Assembly: GCA_963977445.1 (NCBI GenBank) | Contig: CAXBPH010000125.1 | Coordinates: 1 to 19,123 of the forward strand | Length of the DNA stretch: 19,123 bases | Direction of reading: 5' to 3' | DNA from: an uncultured bacterium | GTDB lineage: Bacteria > Hydrogenedentota > Hydrogenedentia > Hydrogenedentales > JAEUWI01 | Part shown: positions 8,231 through 16,764 of the stretch, in pieces | Position numbering within the stretch: position 1 is the first letter of the stretch | Layout of the letters: each line of letters starts with the position of its first letter | The notes under the pieces: generated by a model | The model's database searches: none | The model's input: the letters and a program-made list of their open reading frames with translations, nothing else | Told to the model about the DNA's origin: nothing | Made by a program: the position numbers and the translations under genes

Positions 8231-8260
8231 ATAGGCCCTCCAGAATCTGTTCTGGAGGGC
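8228..8260 (-). terminator. terminator-like hairpin downstream of argG
   Basis: 11-bp stem GCCCTCCAGAA/TTCTGGAGGGC with a 4-nt loop, followed by CTATTTATCTT on the minus strand. Confidence 0.75.
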
Positions 8261-8290
8261 GCGTCTTGGTTATTCATCTCGGCGCGGCGC

Positions 8291-9517
8291 TCAGTCTTTG
8301 AAGAAGCCCGCGCGGTTACGCACCCGGAGGCGGAGTCCATTGAGATTGATGAATCCCGTGGCATCCATCTGGTTATACGCCCCTTCATCTTCTTCGAAGG
8401 TCGTGATTTTTTCGTCGTAGAGGCTTTTCTCAGCCCGACGCCCAACCAGATCGCAGTTGCCTTTGTAGAGGCGAACGCGGGCGGTTCCGGTGACGTTTTC
8501 CTGGCTCTTGTTGACGTAGGTCATCATGGCTTCGAATTCTGGCGCAAACCAGAAGCCGTTGTAGATAAGCTGGGCAATCTTGGGCGACATCTGGTCACGT
8601 TGCAGCATGACTTCCCGGTCCATCGTGAGGGATTCTACGCCACGGTGCGCGGTGTAGAGGATGGTGCCACCGGGGGTTTCATACACGCCACGGGATTTCA
8701 TGCCGACGAAGCGATTTTCTACGATGTCGATCCGGCCGACGCCATTTTCGCCGCCGAGACGATTCAGTTCAGCGAGGAGATCTTCGGGTTCCAGGCGTTT
8801 GCCGTTTACGGCGACGGGCGTGCCTTCTTCGAAGTCGATTTCCACGTAGGTGGGTTCGTCGGGGGCTTTCCGGGGATCGGTGGTCAACACAAACATGTCT
8901 TCGCTGGGCTCATTCCACGGGTCTTCCAGGACACCCCCTTCGAAGGAGATGTGAAGGAGATTGCGGTCCATGGAATAGGGTGCCTTCTCGCGCTTGGACG
9001 CGGGCACGTCAATGCCATGCTTCTCGGCGAAGTCCACCATCTTTTCCCGGGTATTGAGGGTCCACTTGGGGTCACGCCAGGGGGCCATGATGGTCACGTT
9101 GGGTTCGAGGGCCTGGCAGGAGAGCTCAAAGCGCACCTGGTCATTGCCTTTACCCGTCGCACCATGGGCTACCGCATCGGCACCGGTTTCACGGAGGATG
9201 CGAATGTGTTCCTTGGCAATCACGGGACGGGCGACACTGGTGCCCAGGAGGTAGGTGCCTTCATAGATGGCGTTGGCACGCATGGCTGGGAACACGTAGT
9301 CGCGGACAAATTCGCGACGAAGATCGCTGACGAATACGTCACAGGCACCGGTGGCCACAGCCTTTTGACGGGCGGGCTCGGTTTCTTCACCCTGTCCGAC
9401 ATCGGCGATATAGGCAACCACCTCGGCGTGGTAGGTCTCTTGCAGCCATTTCAAAATAATGGACGTGTCGAGTCCGCCTGAATAGGCCAGCACAATCTTC
9501 TTAACGTCTTTACCCAT
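8291..9517 (-). CDS. argG: argininosuccinate synthase
   Basis: [41 protein letters not shown]. Confidence 0.98.
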   Translation of the reverse strand: MGKDVKKIVLAYSGGLDTSIILKWLQETYHAEVVAYIADVGQGEETEPARQKAVATGACDVFVSDLRREFVRDYVFPAMRANAIYEGTYLLGTSVARPVIAKEHIRILRETGADAVAHGATGKGNDQVRFELSCQALEPNVTIMAPWRDPKWTLNTREKMVDFAEKHGIDVPASKREKAPYSMDRNLLHISFEGGVLEDPWNEPSEDMFVLTTDPRKAPDEPTYVEIDFEEGTPVAVNGKRLEPEDLLAELNRLGGENGVGRIDIVENRFVGMKSRGVYETPGGTILYTAHRGVESLTMDREVMLQRDQMSPKIAQLIYNGFWFAPEFEAMMTYVNKSQENVTGTARVRLYKGNCDLVGRRAEKSLYDEKITTFEEDEGAYNQMDATGFINLNGLRLRVRNRAGFFKD

Positions 9518-9634
9518 TTTTCTGTTCCTTTAGCTCTTAAATATGCCATCCGCCCACGGCGGAATTGCGGTAGTTCTCAAACGGACCCATCCGAATTGCT
9601 CAACAGGAATACGCAACCCGAACGGGGGGGCGTA

Positions 9635-10540
9635 CTATTTCATCAGCGTCGCCATGACGGCTTTCTGCGCATGGAGTCGATTTTCGGCCTGGTCGAAGGC
9701 AATCGAATTGGGCGAATCCATAACGGAATCGGTCACTTCACTGCCCCGGTGTGCGGGCAGGCAATGCATGAAGAGGGCATCGCTCTTGGCTTTGGCCATG
9801 AGGGCATCGTTGACCTGATAGGCCGCGAAAGCGCGCTCCCGTTCCACCGTTTCCTTCTCCTGTCCCATGCTGGCCCACACGTCGGTATAGACGGCGTCGG
9901 CATTTTTTACACCCGCCGCAACATCGTGGGTAACCTCAATCGTACCGGCGGCGGTGCGTTGGGCTGCTTCCACGAGCTTCATATCGGGCTCATAGCCTTC
10001 CGGGCAGACCAGGGTAAGGTTGACGGGGACCTTGGCCGCGAAATGGGCCCAGGAATGAAATACATTGTTCCCATCACCGACGAAGGCGAGCTTTACCTGG
10101 CTGAGGTCTTTGCCCCGGTATTCCCGCAATGCCTGGGCATCCGCCAGAATCTGGCAGGGGTGTAACAAGTCAGTAAGTGCATTGATAACCGGCACCGTCG
10201 CATATTCAGCGAGTTCGAGGACGTCTGCATGACGAAACGTGCGGGCCATGATGCCATCTACCCAACGGGTAAGGTTCCGGGCCACGTCGGGCACGGACTC
10301 CCGGGCACCGAGGGTCGTTTCGATGAGTACCGAGTCCCCCCCGAGCTGAAACATGCCTGTGTGGAAGGTTACCCGGGTGCGCAGGCTGGGTTTTTCGAAG
10401 ATAAGCGCGAGGGTCTTCCCTTCCAGCAGGCGGTGGGGAATGCGGTTCCGCTGTTTCGCCTTTAAGTCATCGGCGAGGTCCAGAAAGGCCAGAATTTCTT
10501 CTTTGCTGAAATCCAGAAGTGAGATGAAATCTTTTACCAT
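9635..10540 (-). CDS. argF: ornithine carbamoyltransferase
   Basis: FEKPSLRTR, HPCQ, GDGNNV, YTDVWASMG, FMHCLP, QAENRLH. Start overlaps the argD stop. Confidence 0.97.
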   Translation of the reverse strand: MVKDFISLLDFSKEEILAFLDLADDLKAKQRNRIPHRLLEGKTLALIFEKPSLRTRVTFHTGMFQLGGDSVLIETTLGARESVPDVARNLTRWVDGIMARTFRHADVLELAEYATVPVINALTDLLHPCQILADAQALREYRGKDLSQVKLAFVGDGNNVFHSWAHFAAKVPVNLTLVCPEGYEPDMKLVEAAQRTAAGTIEVTHDVAAGVKNADAVYTDVWASMGQEKETVERERAFAAYQVNDALMAKAKSDALFMHCLPAHRGSEVTDSVMDSPNSIAFDQAENRLHAQKAVMATLMK

Positions 10541-11763
10541 TTTAACGCTCCGAGGCTGACCTTCAATAGGGAGATCACCCGGTCTATGTCTGCTTTTTCT
10601 ACAATCAGGGGCGGCAGGAAACGTAGCACGTTGGGGCCTGCCGGTCCACAGATGATGCCTGATTCAATGAGCATCTTAATCAGGGGGGCGACGGGCTGAG
10701 CGAACTCGATACCCACCATCAACCCTTTTCCGCGCACTTCCACCACCGAGGTACAGGTGTCGGCAATTTCTGCCAGTCGCTCAAAAAGATAGCGTCCATT
10801 TTCCTGGGCATTCTCGAGGAAGCCCGGGGCGGTCAGCGCGCCGATCGTGGCCACGGCCGCCGCAGAACTCAGGGGATTCCCCCCAAAGGTGCACGCGTGG
10901 GACCCTACATCAAAACCAGTTGCGGCGGCGTCGGTACAGCCCATGGCACCGATGGGTACCCCATTGCCGAGCCCCTTGGCCAAGGTCATAATGTCCGGGG
11001 TGATGCCATAGCCCTGGTGGGCGAAAAGGGGGCCGGTCCGCCCGAGTCCGGTCTGCACTTCATCAAGAATCAGAAGAATGTTGTGTTCGTCGCAGAGGGC
11101 CCGGACCGCTTTCCAGTAGCTTTCCTCGGGTACGCGCACGCCGCCTTCCCCCTGAATGGGCTCCAGCATGATGGCCCCCACTTCCGGCGTGATCGCGGCT
11201 TTCAGTGCGTCAATGTCATTGAAGGGGACGTAGCTGAATCCGGGAACGAGGGGCTGAAAGCCATCGTGATATTTCGGTTGACCCGTGGCGGTGACGGTTG
11301 CAATGGTCCGACCGTGAAAAGATTGCTGGGCCGTAATGATATTGGGCCGGGGTGTGCCCTGCTTATCCCAATAACGCCGAACCAGTTTAATGGCCGCTTC
11401 ATTGGCTTCGGCACCACCGTTACAGAAAAACCATTTGTCGGCGAAGGTGTGTTTGGCCAGCGCGGCCGCCAGAAGCGCCTGGGGCTGGATGTAATAAAGA
11501 TTGGATACATGGACCAGTTTCTTGGCCTGATCGCAAATGGCCTGGGTCACGGCGGGGTGACAATGGCCCAGATTACACACGGCGATACCCGCGAAGAAAT
11601 CCAGATATTCCTTGCCTTCGGCGTCCCACAGGCGCATGCCCTCTCCCCGGCTGAGCGCGACATTTCGCTCGCCGTAGGTATTGATGACGTGGGCATCGTT
11701 CAGGGCTTTTATTTCATCGGTAAGTGTCATATGGACGGGGCTTTCCGTGAGTACAGGGGACAT
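10534..11763 (-). CDS. argD: acetylornithine aminotransferase
   Basis: Class III aminotransferase motifs SFHGRT, EPIQGEGGV, DEVQTGLGRTG, TLAKGLG, TFGGNP; arg cluster context; GGAG RBS. Confidence 0.93.
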   Translation of the reverse strand: MSPVLTESPVHMTLTDEIKALNDAHVINTYGERNVALSRGEGMRLWDAEGKEYLDFFAGIAVCNLGHCHPAVTQAICDQAKKLVHVSNLYYIQPQALLAAALAKHTFADKWFFCNGGAEANEAAIKLVRRYWDKQGTPRPNIITAQQSFHGRTIATVTATGQPKYHDGFQPLVPGFSYVPFNDIDALKAAITPEVGAIMLEPIQGEGGVRVPEESYWKAVRALCDEHNILLILDEVQTGLGRTGPLFAHQGYGITPDIMTLAKGLGNGVPIGAMGCTDAAATGFDVGSHACTFGGNPLSSAAAVATIGALTAPGFLENAQENGRYLFERLAEIADTCTSVVEVRGKGLMVGIEFAQPVAPLIKMLIESGIICGPAGPNVLRFLPPLIVEKADIDRVISLLKVSLGALKW

Positions 11764-11858
11764 CGGTTTTCTCCAGGTTACGTAACATTACGCGTCACAC
11801 GATACCTGGAACGGGAATATGCATAGTGGGGCAAGACGTTACGCCCCGGTATCTGCAA

Positions 11859-12164
11859 TCAGCTGTTGGCCGCTTTCGGGGGACTGCCGCCCTCTTTTTT
11901 AGGCTTGCTGGCACCCTCTTTCTTGGGTTTGCCTTCGCCTTCTTTCTTCTCTGACTTAGGTGCATCGGGGGCTTTGCCCTTTTTGTCCTTATAGTCAGTC
12001 TCGTAGAAGCCACTGCCCTTGAAAATTATGCCGGCACCGGTGCCGATGAGCCGGCGACATTTCTTGTTGCATTTCTCGCACTTTATTTTGGGATCGGCAG
12101 ACATGGCGTGAAACACATCAAAAACGTGGGCGCAACTGCAACATTCATATGAATAGGTAGGCAC
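11859..12164 (-). CDS. FmdB-family zinc-ribbon protein with a Lys-rich tail
   Basis: PTYSYECCSC...CEKC...IFKGSGFYETDY; GTG start with a GGAG RBS. Confidence 0.92.
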   Translation of the reverse strand: MPTYSYECCSCAHVFDVFHAMSADPKIKCEKCNKKCRRLIGTGAGIIFKGSGFYETDYKDKKGKAPDAPKSEKKEGEGKPKKEGASKPKKEGGSPPKAANS

Positions 12165-12308
12165 AGCACCTATACTCCAATTGCTCCGCGACTACGCGGG
12201 GAACTTCCTGCCGTGAAACAAGGCACCCTTCGCCCGGCAACTGGCCGTAAGGCGTTGAAAACATGTGTCTTGGGTTCGACAGAACCGAAAGTAGAAAGAG
12301 AACTGAGT

Positions 12309-12337
12309 ATTTTATCAGAGCGCCCCGAAAATATCAA
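12309..12337 (-). promoter_or_regulatory. sigma70 promoter upstream of the FmdB gene and arg cluster
   Basis: TTGATA-N17-TAAAAT with an extended TG. Confidence 0.65.
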
Positions 12338-12383
12338 AAATCGCCTGTATCGTCGGGGCGGCACCGGGTGCCGCCGGTCTGGC

Positions 12384-13742
12384 TCAGGTTGGCTTGTCGA
12401 CGAGATGGCCCTGGGTGCGATAGGCCCGGAGTTTGTAGGTCAGGGCCCTGCGGCTGATGCCCAATGCGAGGGCCGTGTTCGTTCGGTGGTATTCCTGCTC
12501 CTTCAGAGTCTGCAGAATGGCATTTCGCTCGATGTCTTCCATGCGATCGGCACCTTCGTCCTCCACCGGAACTTCCTGGAGCATGCGCTTGGGCAGATGC
12601 TCCGGCAGAATGACATCTCCTTTGGCCAACAGGAGCGCCCGTTCCACCGCATTTCGCAACTCTCGGACGTTACCGGGCCACGGATAATGGGTGAGGGTGT
12701 TTACGGTGCTGGGGGAAAAACGGGCCCGCTCATGGTTGAGCGAAGCGGCCATCCTATGCGCGAGGGGCATGATATCGTCTCCCCGTTCCCGAAGGGGCGG
12801 TATATAGATCTCCATGACATTCAATCGATAATAAAGATCTTCACGGAACGCCCCGGCGGCGACCTGGGCCTCCAAATCGCGGTTGGTGGCAGCGAGTATG
12901 CGCACATCCACCTTGCGGGTTTCGCTGGAGCCCACGACGCTGAAAGTGCCTTCCTGGGTAACGCGGAGTAGTTTGGCTTGCAGGAGCGGTGCCATCTCTC
13001 CAATTTCGTCGAGTAGCAAGGTGCCCCCATCGGCCTTAGAGAAGAGGCCCTGGCGATCGGTATCTGCCCCCGTAAAGGCCCCCTTCTTATGGCCGAACAA
13101 TTCACTTTCGAGGAGATTTTCCGGAATGGCGGCACAGTTTATCTTTACAAAAGGGGCGCTCTTCCGGTGGCTCCATCGATGAATTAAGTCGGCGATAACT
13201 TCTTTTCCTGTGCCACTCTCCCCGGTGATGAGAATGCGGCTGTCGGAAGGCGCAACGAGGGCCAGTTCCCGCAAGACCTCGTCCATCACGGCACTTTCCA
13301 TCACCACACCCTCGGGAAGGGGCGGATGGGGCTCAGCGGAAGCATGGGTCACGGCCCCCTCACCCACCACGGCTTGAACGGCGGCCAGGAGTTCTTCCAG
13401 ATCGATGGGCTTTTGCAGGTAGTCCACGGCCCCCTGGCGCATGGCCCCGACCGCGTCACGGATATCGGCGTGGGCCGTTACCAGCAACACGGGAAGTTCG
13501 GCGTCGTTCTTGCGCAAGGCCGTCAGCAGCTCCAGGCCCGTCATGCCGGGCATTCGGACGTCTGAGATGAGCATGGCGGGTCGCATACGAGCGATGATGG
13601 ATAAGGCTTCCAATCCCGATTCCGCCACACGCACGTTTACACCGCATTGGGTCAAAAAGGACGACAGGAGACTTCGCTGCGAAGCGTCATCGTCGACAAT
13701 CAGTACGTACGGTTCCTTGGGATGGGATACACCGGATGTCAT
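12384..13742 (-). CDS. sigma54-dependent response regulator (REC-AAA+-Fis HTH; NtrC/ZraR family)
   Basis: IVDDD, ISDVRMPG, GESGTGKE, ESELFGHKKGAFTGA, WPGNVREL, LGISRRALTYKL. ATG 13742 overlaps the kinase stop codon (ATGA). Confidence 0.96.
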   Translation of the reverse strand: MTSGVSHPKEPYVLIVDDDASQRSLLSSFLTQCGVNVRVAESGLEALSIIARMRPAMLISDVRMPGMTGLELLTALRKNDAELPVLLVTAHADIRDAVGAMRQGAVDYLQKPIDLEELLAAVQAVVGEGAVTHASAEPHPPLPEGVVMESAVMDEVLRELALVAPSDSRILITGESGTGKEVIADLIHRWSHRKSAPFVKINCAAIPENLLESELFGHKKGAFTGADTDRQGLFSKADGGTLLLDEIGEMAPLLQAKLLRVTQEGTFSVVGSSETRKVDVRILAATNRDLEAQVAAGAFREDLYYRLNVMEIYIPPLRERGDDIMPLAHRMAASLNHERARFSPSTVNTLTHYPWPGNVRELRNAVERALLLAKGDVILPEHLPKRMLQEVPVEDEGADRMEDIERNAILQTLKEQEYHRTNTALALGISRRALTYKLRAYRTQGHLVDKPT

Positions 13743-15403
13743 TGAACGACCTCCACGTGGGTAATTCCAAATATGGCCCCGCCAGTGGGCGAGTTTTCCT
13801 GGGTAATGGCCCACCCGTGGGCAAGTACAATCTGGCGCACGATGGTAAGTCCCAGACCGGTGCCGGTTTCGGTGCCAGTCACATAGGGTTGAAACAATTG
13901 ATCCCGCAAGGCGTCGGCGACACCGGGTCCGTCGTCTGCGATCTCAATCGAACCGGGCTGACGCCCCCCTTTCCGTGCCTGGACGTTTATATGCCCTTCC
14001 TGGGGCACCGCTTCGATGGCATTTATCAGGAGATTGAAAAGAACCTGGCGGAGCAATCCGGCGTCTGCCCGCACGATTGTTATGCCTTCGGCACCATAGC
14101 TGAGGGTGATTTTCTTGTCCTCCCGATCACACTCAAGGACTGCAAAAATATCATTCACCAAGGCACTCAGGTCCACCTCGGCGAGGACGGGTTCCAGGGG
14201 ACGTGAATAGTCGAGGAACTGGTTGAGCCGCCCTGCGACACGGTCTGATTCCTCCATGATTCGCAAGGCGATGTCCCGTTCTTTGGCTTGGGGTTCGAGT
14301 CCCCGTTCCAGCATCTGCGCCTGTCCCCGAATCAAGTTGAGTGGGTTTTTCGTTTCGTGGACGAGTCCCGCAGCGGCCGTATTCAATTCCCGGAGGTGGG
14401 TTGTCATGGCCTCAGAACGTGCCAGACGAATGTCCAGGGTGGCGCTCCGTCGCACGATACGGAGCAAAATCAGAATGACGATGCAGACCAGGCTCACGAG
14501 GCCCAGCAAGAGGAGTCGCATGCGTAGATCCTCAGCCTCGGCTTCGTATACATCGGTCGCAGGGACCTGGAGGGCGAAGGCATGAATGCCACGCTTGTCC
14601 AGGATGCGTTCCCGATCCCAGTCGTTCCACCGTGGGCCCGGGCCGCCCCGTCGCTGCCGTGGGGCATCTCTATCGAGCATCAGGTGCTGCAGGTCCCCCA
14701 GGAGCTCAACGGTCAAGGTTTTTCCAGTCAGGAGCGTTACGGCCTCGCCGTAATCATCTTTTCCCAGCATTTGTTTTGGAAAGTAGGTCAGGAGTTCCTT
14801 GACCGCCTCCGGAGAAAGAGGGGTGCCATTCATAAAGGGTTTTATACCAGCCATAATATCAGGAGGGAGCTGTCTGCCTCGCTCAGGCGGTGGCATGGGC
14901 GCGCCTTCGAAGAATCGACCACGGCCGGACCCACCCCGATCGGGACGTCCCACACCATCCCGGTGATCCGGTCCTCCGGGCGGCGGCTGATGAAAGGGCC
15001 CATCGCTATCCCGTGGGGTGAGTGCCACCAGATTCACAAACACCGCACTTTCGGGGAGCCAGTAAGCACCTTCCAGCGCGAAATCTTCGTCCACATCGGG
15101 CAAGTCAGGTCCCGCTTTGGCGACGACGTTGCCGTCAATATCACGCATGGAAACCGAAAGCAGGTCGGTTGACAAGGTGAGCTCTTCGAGCACCGCCTCA
15201 ACCCGACGTTGGGGCACACCAGAAAAACGACCGTCTGTACGAATGACCAGCGCGATAGCCCGTGAGATATCTTCTGCCCGGTCGCGCAATTCGTCTCGCA
15301 GCCCCGTCCGCGCTTCATTGTGTGCGGAATATTGCCATGTGGCTACCGTGAGCCAGGTCACGGCAAGGAGGGTATAAATCCATCGGTCAAAGTTTTTATC
15401 CAT
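13739..15403 (-). CDS. two-TM sensor histidine kinase (ZraS-like)
   Basis: Two TM helices; H-box GLVHETKNPL; N-box NLLINAIEA; DDGPG; LFQPY; GTGLGL. Confidence 0.95.
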   Translation of the reverse strand: MDKNFDRWIYTLLAVTWLTVATWQYSAHNEARTGLRDELRDRAEDISRAIALVIRTDGRFSGVPQRRVEAVLEELTLSTDLLSVSMRDIDGNVVAKAGPDLPDVDEDFALEGAYWLPESAVFVNLVALTPRDSDGPFHQPPPGGPDHRDGVGRPDRGGSGRGRFFEGAPMPPPERGRQLPPDIMAGIKPFMNGTPLSPEAVKELLTYFPKQMLGKDDYGEAVTLLTGKTLTVELLGDLQHLMLDRDAPRQRRGGPGPRWNDWDRERILDKRGIHAFALQVPATDVYEAEAEDLRMRLLLLGLVSLVCIVILILLRIVRRSATLDIRLARSEAMTTHLRELNTAAAGLVHETKNPLNLIRGQAQMLERGLEPQAKERDIALRIMEESDRVAGRLNQFLDYSRPLEPVLAEVDLSALVNDIFAVLECDREDKKITLSYGAEGITIVRADAGLLRQVLFNLLINAIEAVPQEGHINVQARKGGRQPGSIEIADDGPGVADALRDQLFQPYVTGTETGTGLGLTIVRQIVLAHGWAITQENSPTGGAIFGITHVEVVQ

Positions 15404-15446
15404 GGCGGTATTCTATTCCATCGACGTGATTCATATACACAAGAGG

Positions 15447-15480
15447 CCCGCGCACCGGGTGTAGGGAACCAGTGCGCGGG
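15447..15480 (-). terminator. intercistronic hairpin (weak terminator or mRNA stabiliser)
   Basis: CCCGCGCAC...GTGCGCGGG stem with only a weak T-rich tail. Confidence 0.5.
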
Positions 15481-15525
15481 TGATGGGAGCCAGTCAGGCA
15501 AGGGAGGCCTGTTTGAGTCAGACTC

Positions 15526-16440
15526 CTAGTTTTCAGGACCGTTGCCACGGTGCCGGGGGCGATCTTCACGGTTGAGAAGGCCATCACCATTCCGGTCCAT
15601 CTCAGCGAATCGATCCGCCGTGATTTCGGGGCGCACCGCCTTCATTTCTTCCAGGCTCACGCCACCATCACCATCGGTGTCGGCGTTCTCCATCATCTTG
15701 CCTGGGCCGCGATCACCACGTTCTCCGCGGGGACCGTCACCATCGGGGCCACGACGTCCTTCGGGACCATGTCCTTCACGACCTTCGCCACCGGGGCCGC
15801 GACGTCCTTCGGGACCATGTCCTTCACGACCTTCGCCACCGGGGCCACGACGTCCTTCGGGACCATGTCCTTCACGACCTTCACCACGACGCCCTTCAGG
15901 GCCTTCTGGAAAGTCTTCACGATTCAGTACGCCGTCGCCGTTCGTATCGCGTTCGGCAAAATGTACCACGGTGTAGGCCTGTAACTCTTCGAGGCTCACG
16001 CCGCCATCACCATTTGTATCGGCCTTTTCCATGAACATGCCGGGACCAAAGTCGCCGTGGGGTCCCTTTGGAGCAAAGCCTTTGGGACCGTGACCTGGAC
16101 GCCCCTCCGGGCCAAAGCCTTTTCCGTCTTCACCACGGGGGCCACGTCGGCCTTTCATACCTTCGGGGGCGTCTTCGCGGTTGATAAGGCCATCGCCATT
16201 GGAATCGCGCTTGGCAAATTCTTCGGCCGTTGCGTTGGGGCGAATGGCCTGCAGCTCTTCGAGGCTCACGCCGCCATCATTGTTGGTATCGGCCTTTTCC
16301 ATAAACATACCGGGGCCACGGTGGCCGTCGCCACGAGGGGGCTGGGCCGTTGCCTGGGGTTGAAATGCGATTACGGCTCCACCAGCGACTACCATAGAGA
16401 GGCCTGCTGCGGACCAGTTGATTTTGTGTGACTTTTTCAT
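15526..16440 (-). CDS. secreted protein with six EF-hand loops and Gly/Pro/Arg/Glu/His-rich linkers
   Basis: Signal peptide; loops DTNNDGGVSLEE, DSNGDGLINRED, DTNGDGGVSLEE, DTNGDGVLNRED, DTDGDGGVSLEE, DRNGDGLLNRED; GGAGG RBS. Confidence 0.9.
   Translation of the reverse strand: MKKSHKINWSAAGLSMVVAGGAVIAFQPQATAQPPRGDGHRGPGMFMEKADTNNDGGVSLEELQAIRPNATAEEFAKRDSNGDGLINREDAPEGMKGRRGPRGEDGKGFGPEGRPGHGPKGFAPKGPHGDFGPGMFMEKADTNGDGGVSLEELQAYTVVHFAERDTNGDGVLNREDFPEGPEGRRGEGREGHGPEGRRGPGGEGREGHGPEGRRGPGGEGREGHGPEGRRGPDGDGPRGERGDRGPGKMMENADTDGDGGVSLEEMKAVRPEITADRFAEMDRNGDGLLNREDRPRHRGNGPEN
15745..15886 (-). repeat. 48-bp in-frame tandem repeat, about 3 copies
   Basis: Units begin at 15745, 15793 and 15841; the unit encodes GGEGREGHGPEGRRGP. 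Confidence 0.92.
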
Positions 16441-16504
16441 GATGTAACCTCCAGTTTAAGGTAGAACGTTGTTTGGACCATCAGTTCGTGGCCGATTTAC
16501 TTAG

Positions 16505-16521
16505 TGCAAGACTGATGCCAA
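16505..16521 (-). promoter_or_regulatory. sigma54 (-24/-12) promoter of the EF-hand gene
   Basis: Minus strand TTGGCATCAGTCTTGCA versus consensus TGGCAC-N5-TTGCW. Confidence 0.88.
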
Positions 16522-16558
16522 TAAAACGGCCCCCAAAACGGGTGAATTGGGGATAAAA

Positions 16559-16607
16559 TGGGCAATTCTTGCGCAATCCCCGTTGGACGATGCGCATCCA
16601 TTGCCCG
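16559..16607. promoter_or_regulatory. paired enhancer (UAS) sites for a sigma54 activator
   Basis: TGGGCAATTCTTGCGCA (16559-16575) and TGCGCATCCATTGCCCG (16591-16607): near-palindromic 17-mers, inverted relative to each other, centres 32 bp apart. Confidence 0.7.
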
Positions 16608-16764
16608 TTACCCTTCTTCGGGAAGGCAAAACGTTCATTTTGCTGAGCTCGCACGGAGAAGTCAGCAGGACTTGCTCGTGGCACCCCTGGTATTTCGTAC
16701 GCGTCTGGCTTGGGTCTGCCCTCTTGCTGCAGGTAAGATAGTCCCATGATCTTTAGGAGTATTT

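Noticed and set aside
11813..11828. ArgR (ARG) box at ATATGCAT
   Set aside because: Only a half-site; there is no 18-bp palindrome or tandem partner.
2678..12971. Long plus-strand ORFs (2678-3631, 3565-4620, 6711-7202, 8600-9481, 10897-11826, 12213-12971)
   Set aside because: They are antisense shadows of well-conserved minus-strand genes.
13743..13814. N-terminal extension of the response regulator
   Set aside because: It lies inside the kinase gene; the ATGA overlap supports 13742.
15526..16440. Calling the EF-hand protein lanmodulin
   Set aside because: The loops lack the position-2 proline typical of lanmodulin, and the size and architecture differ.
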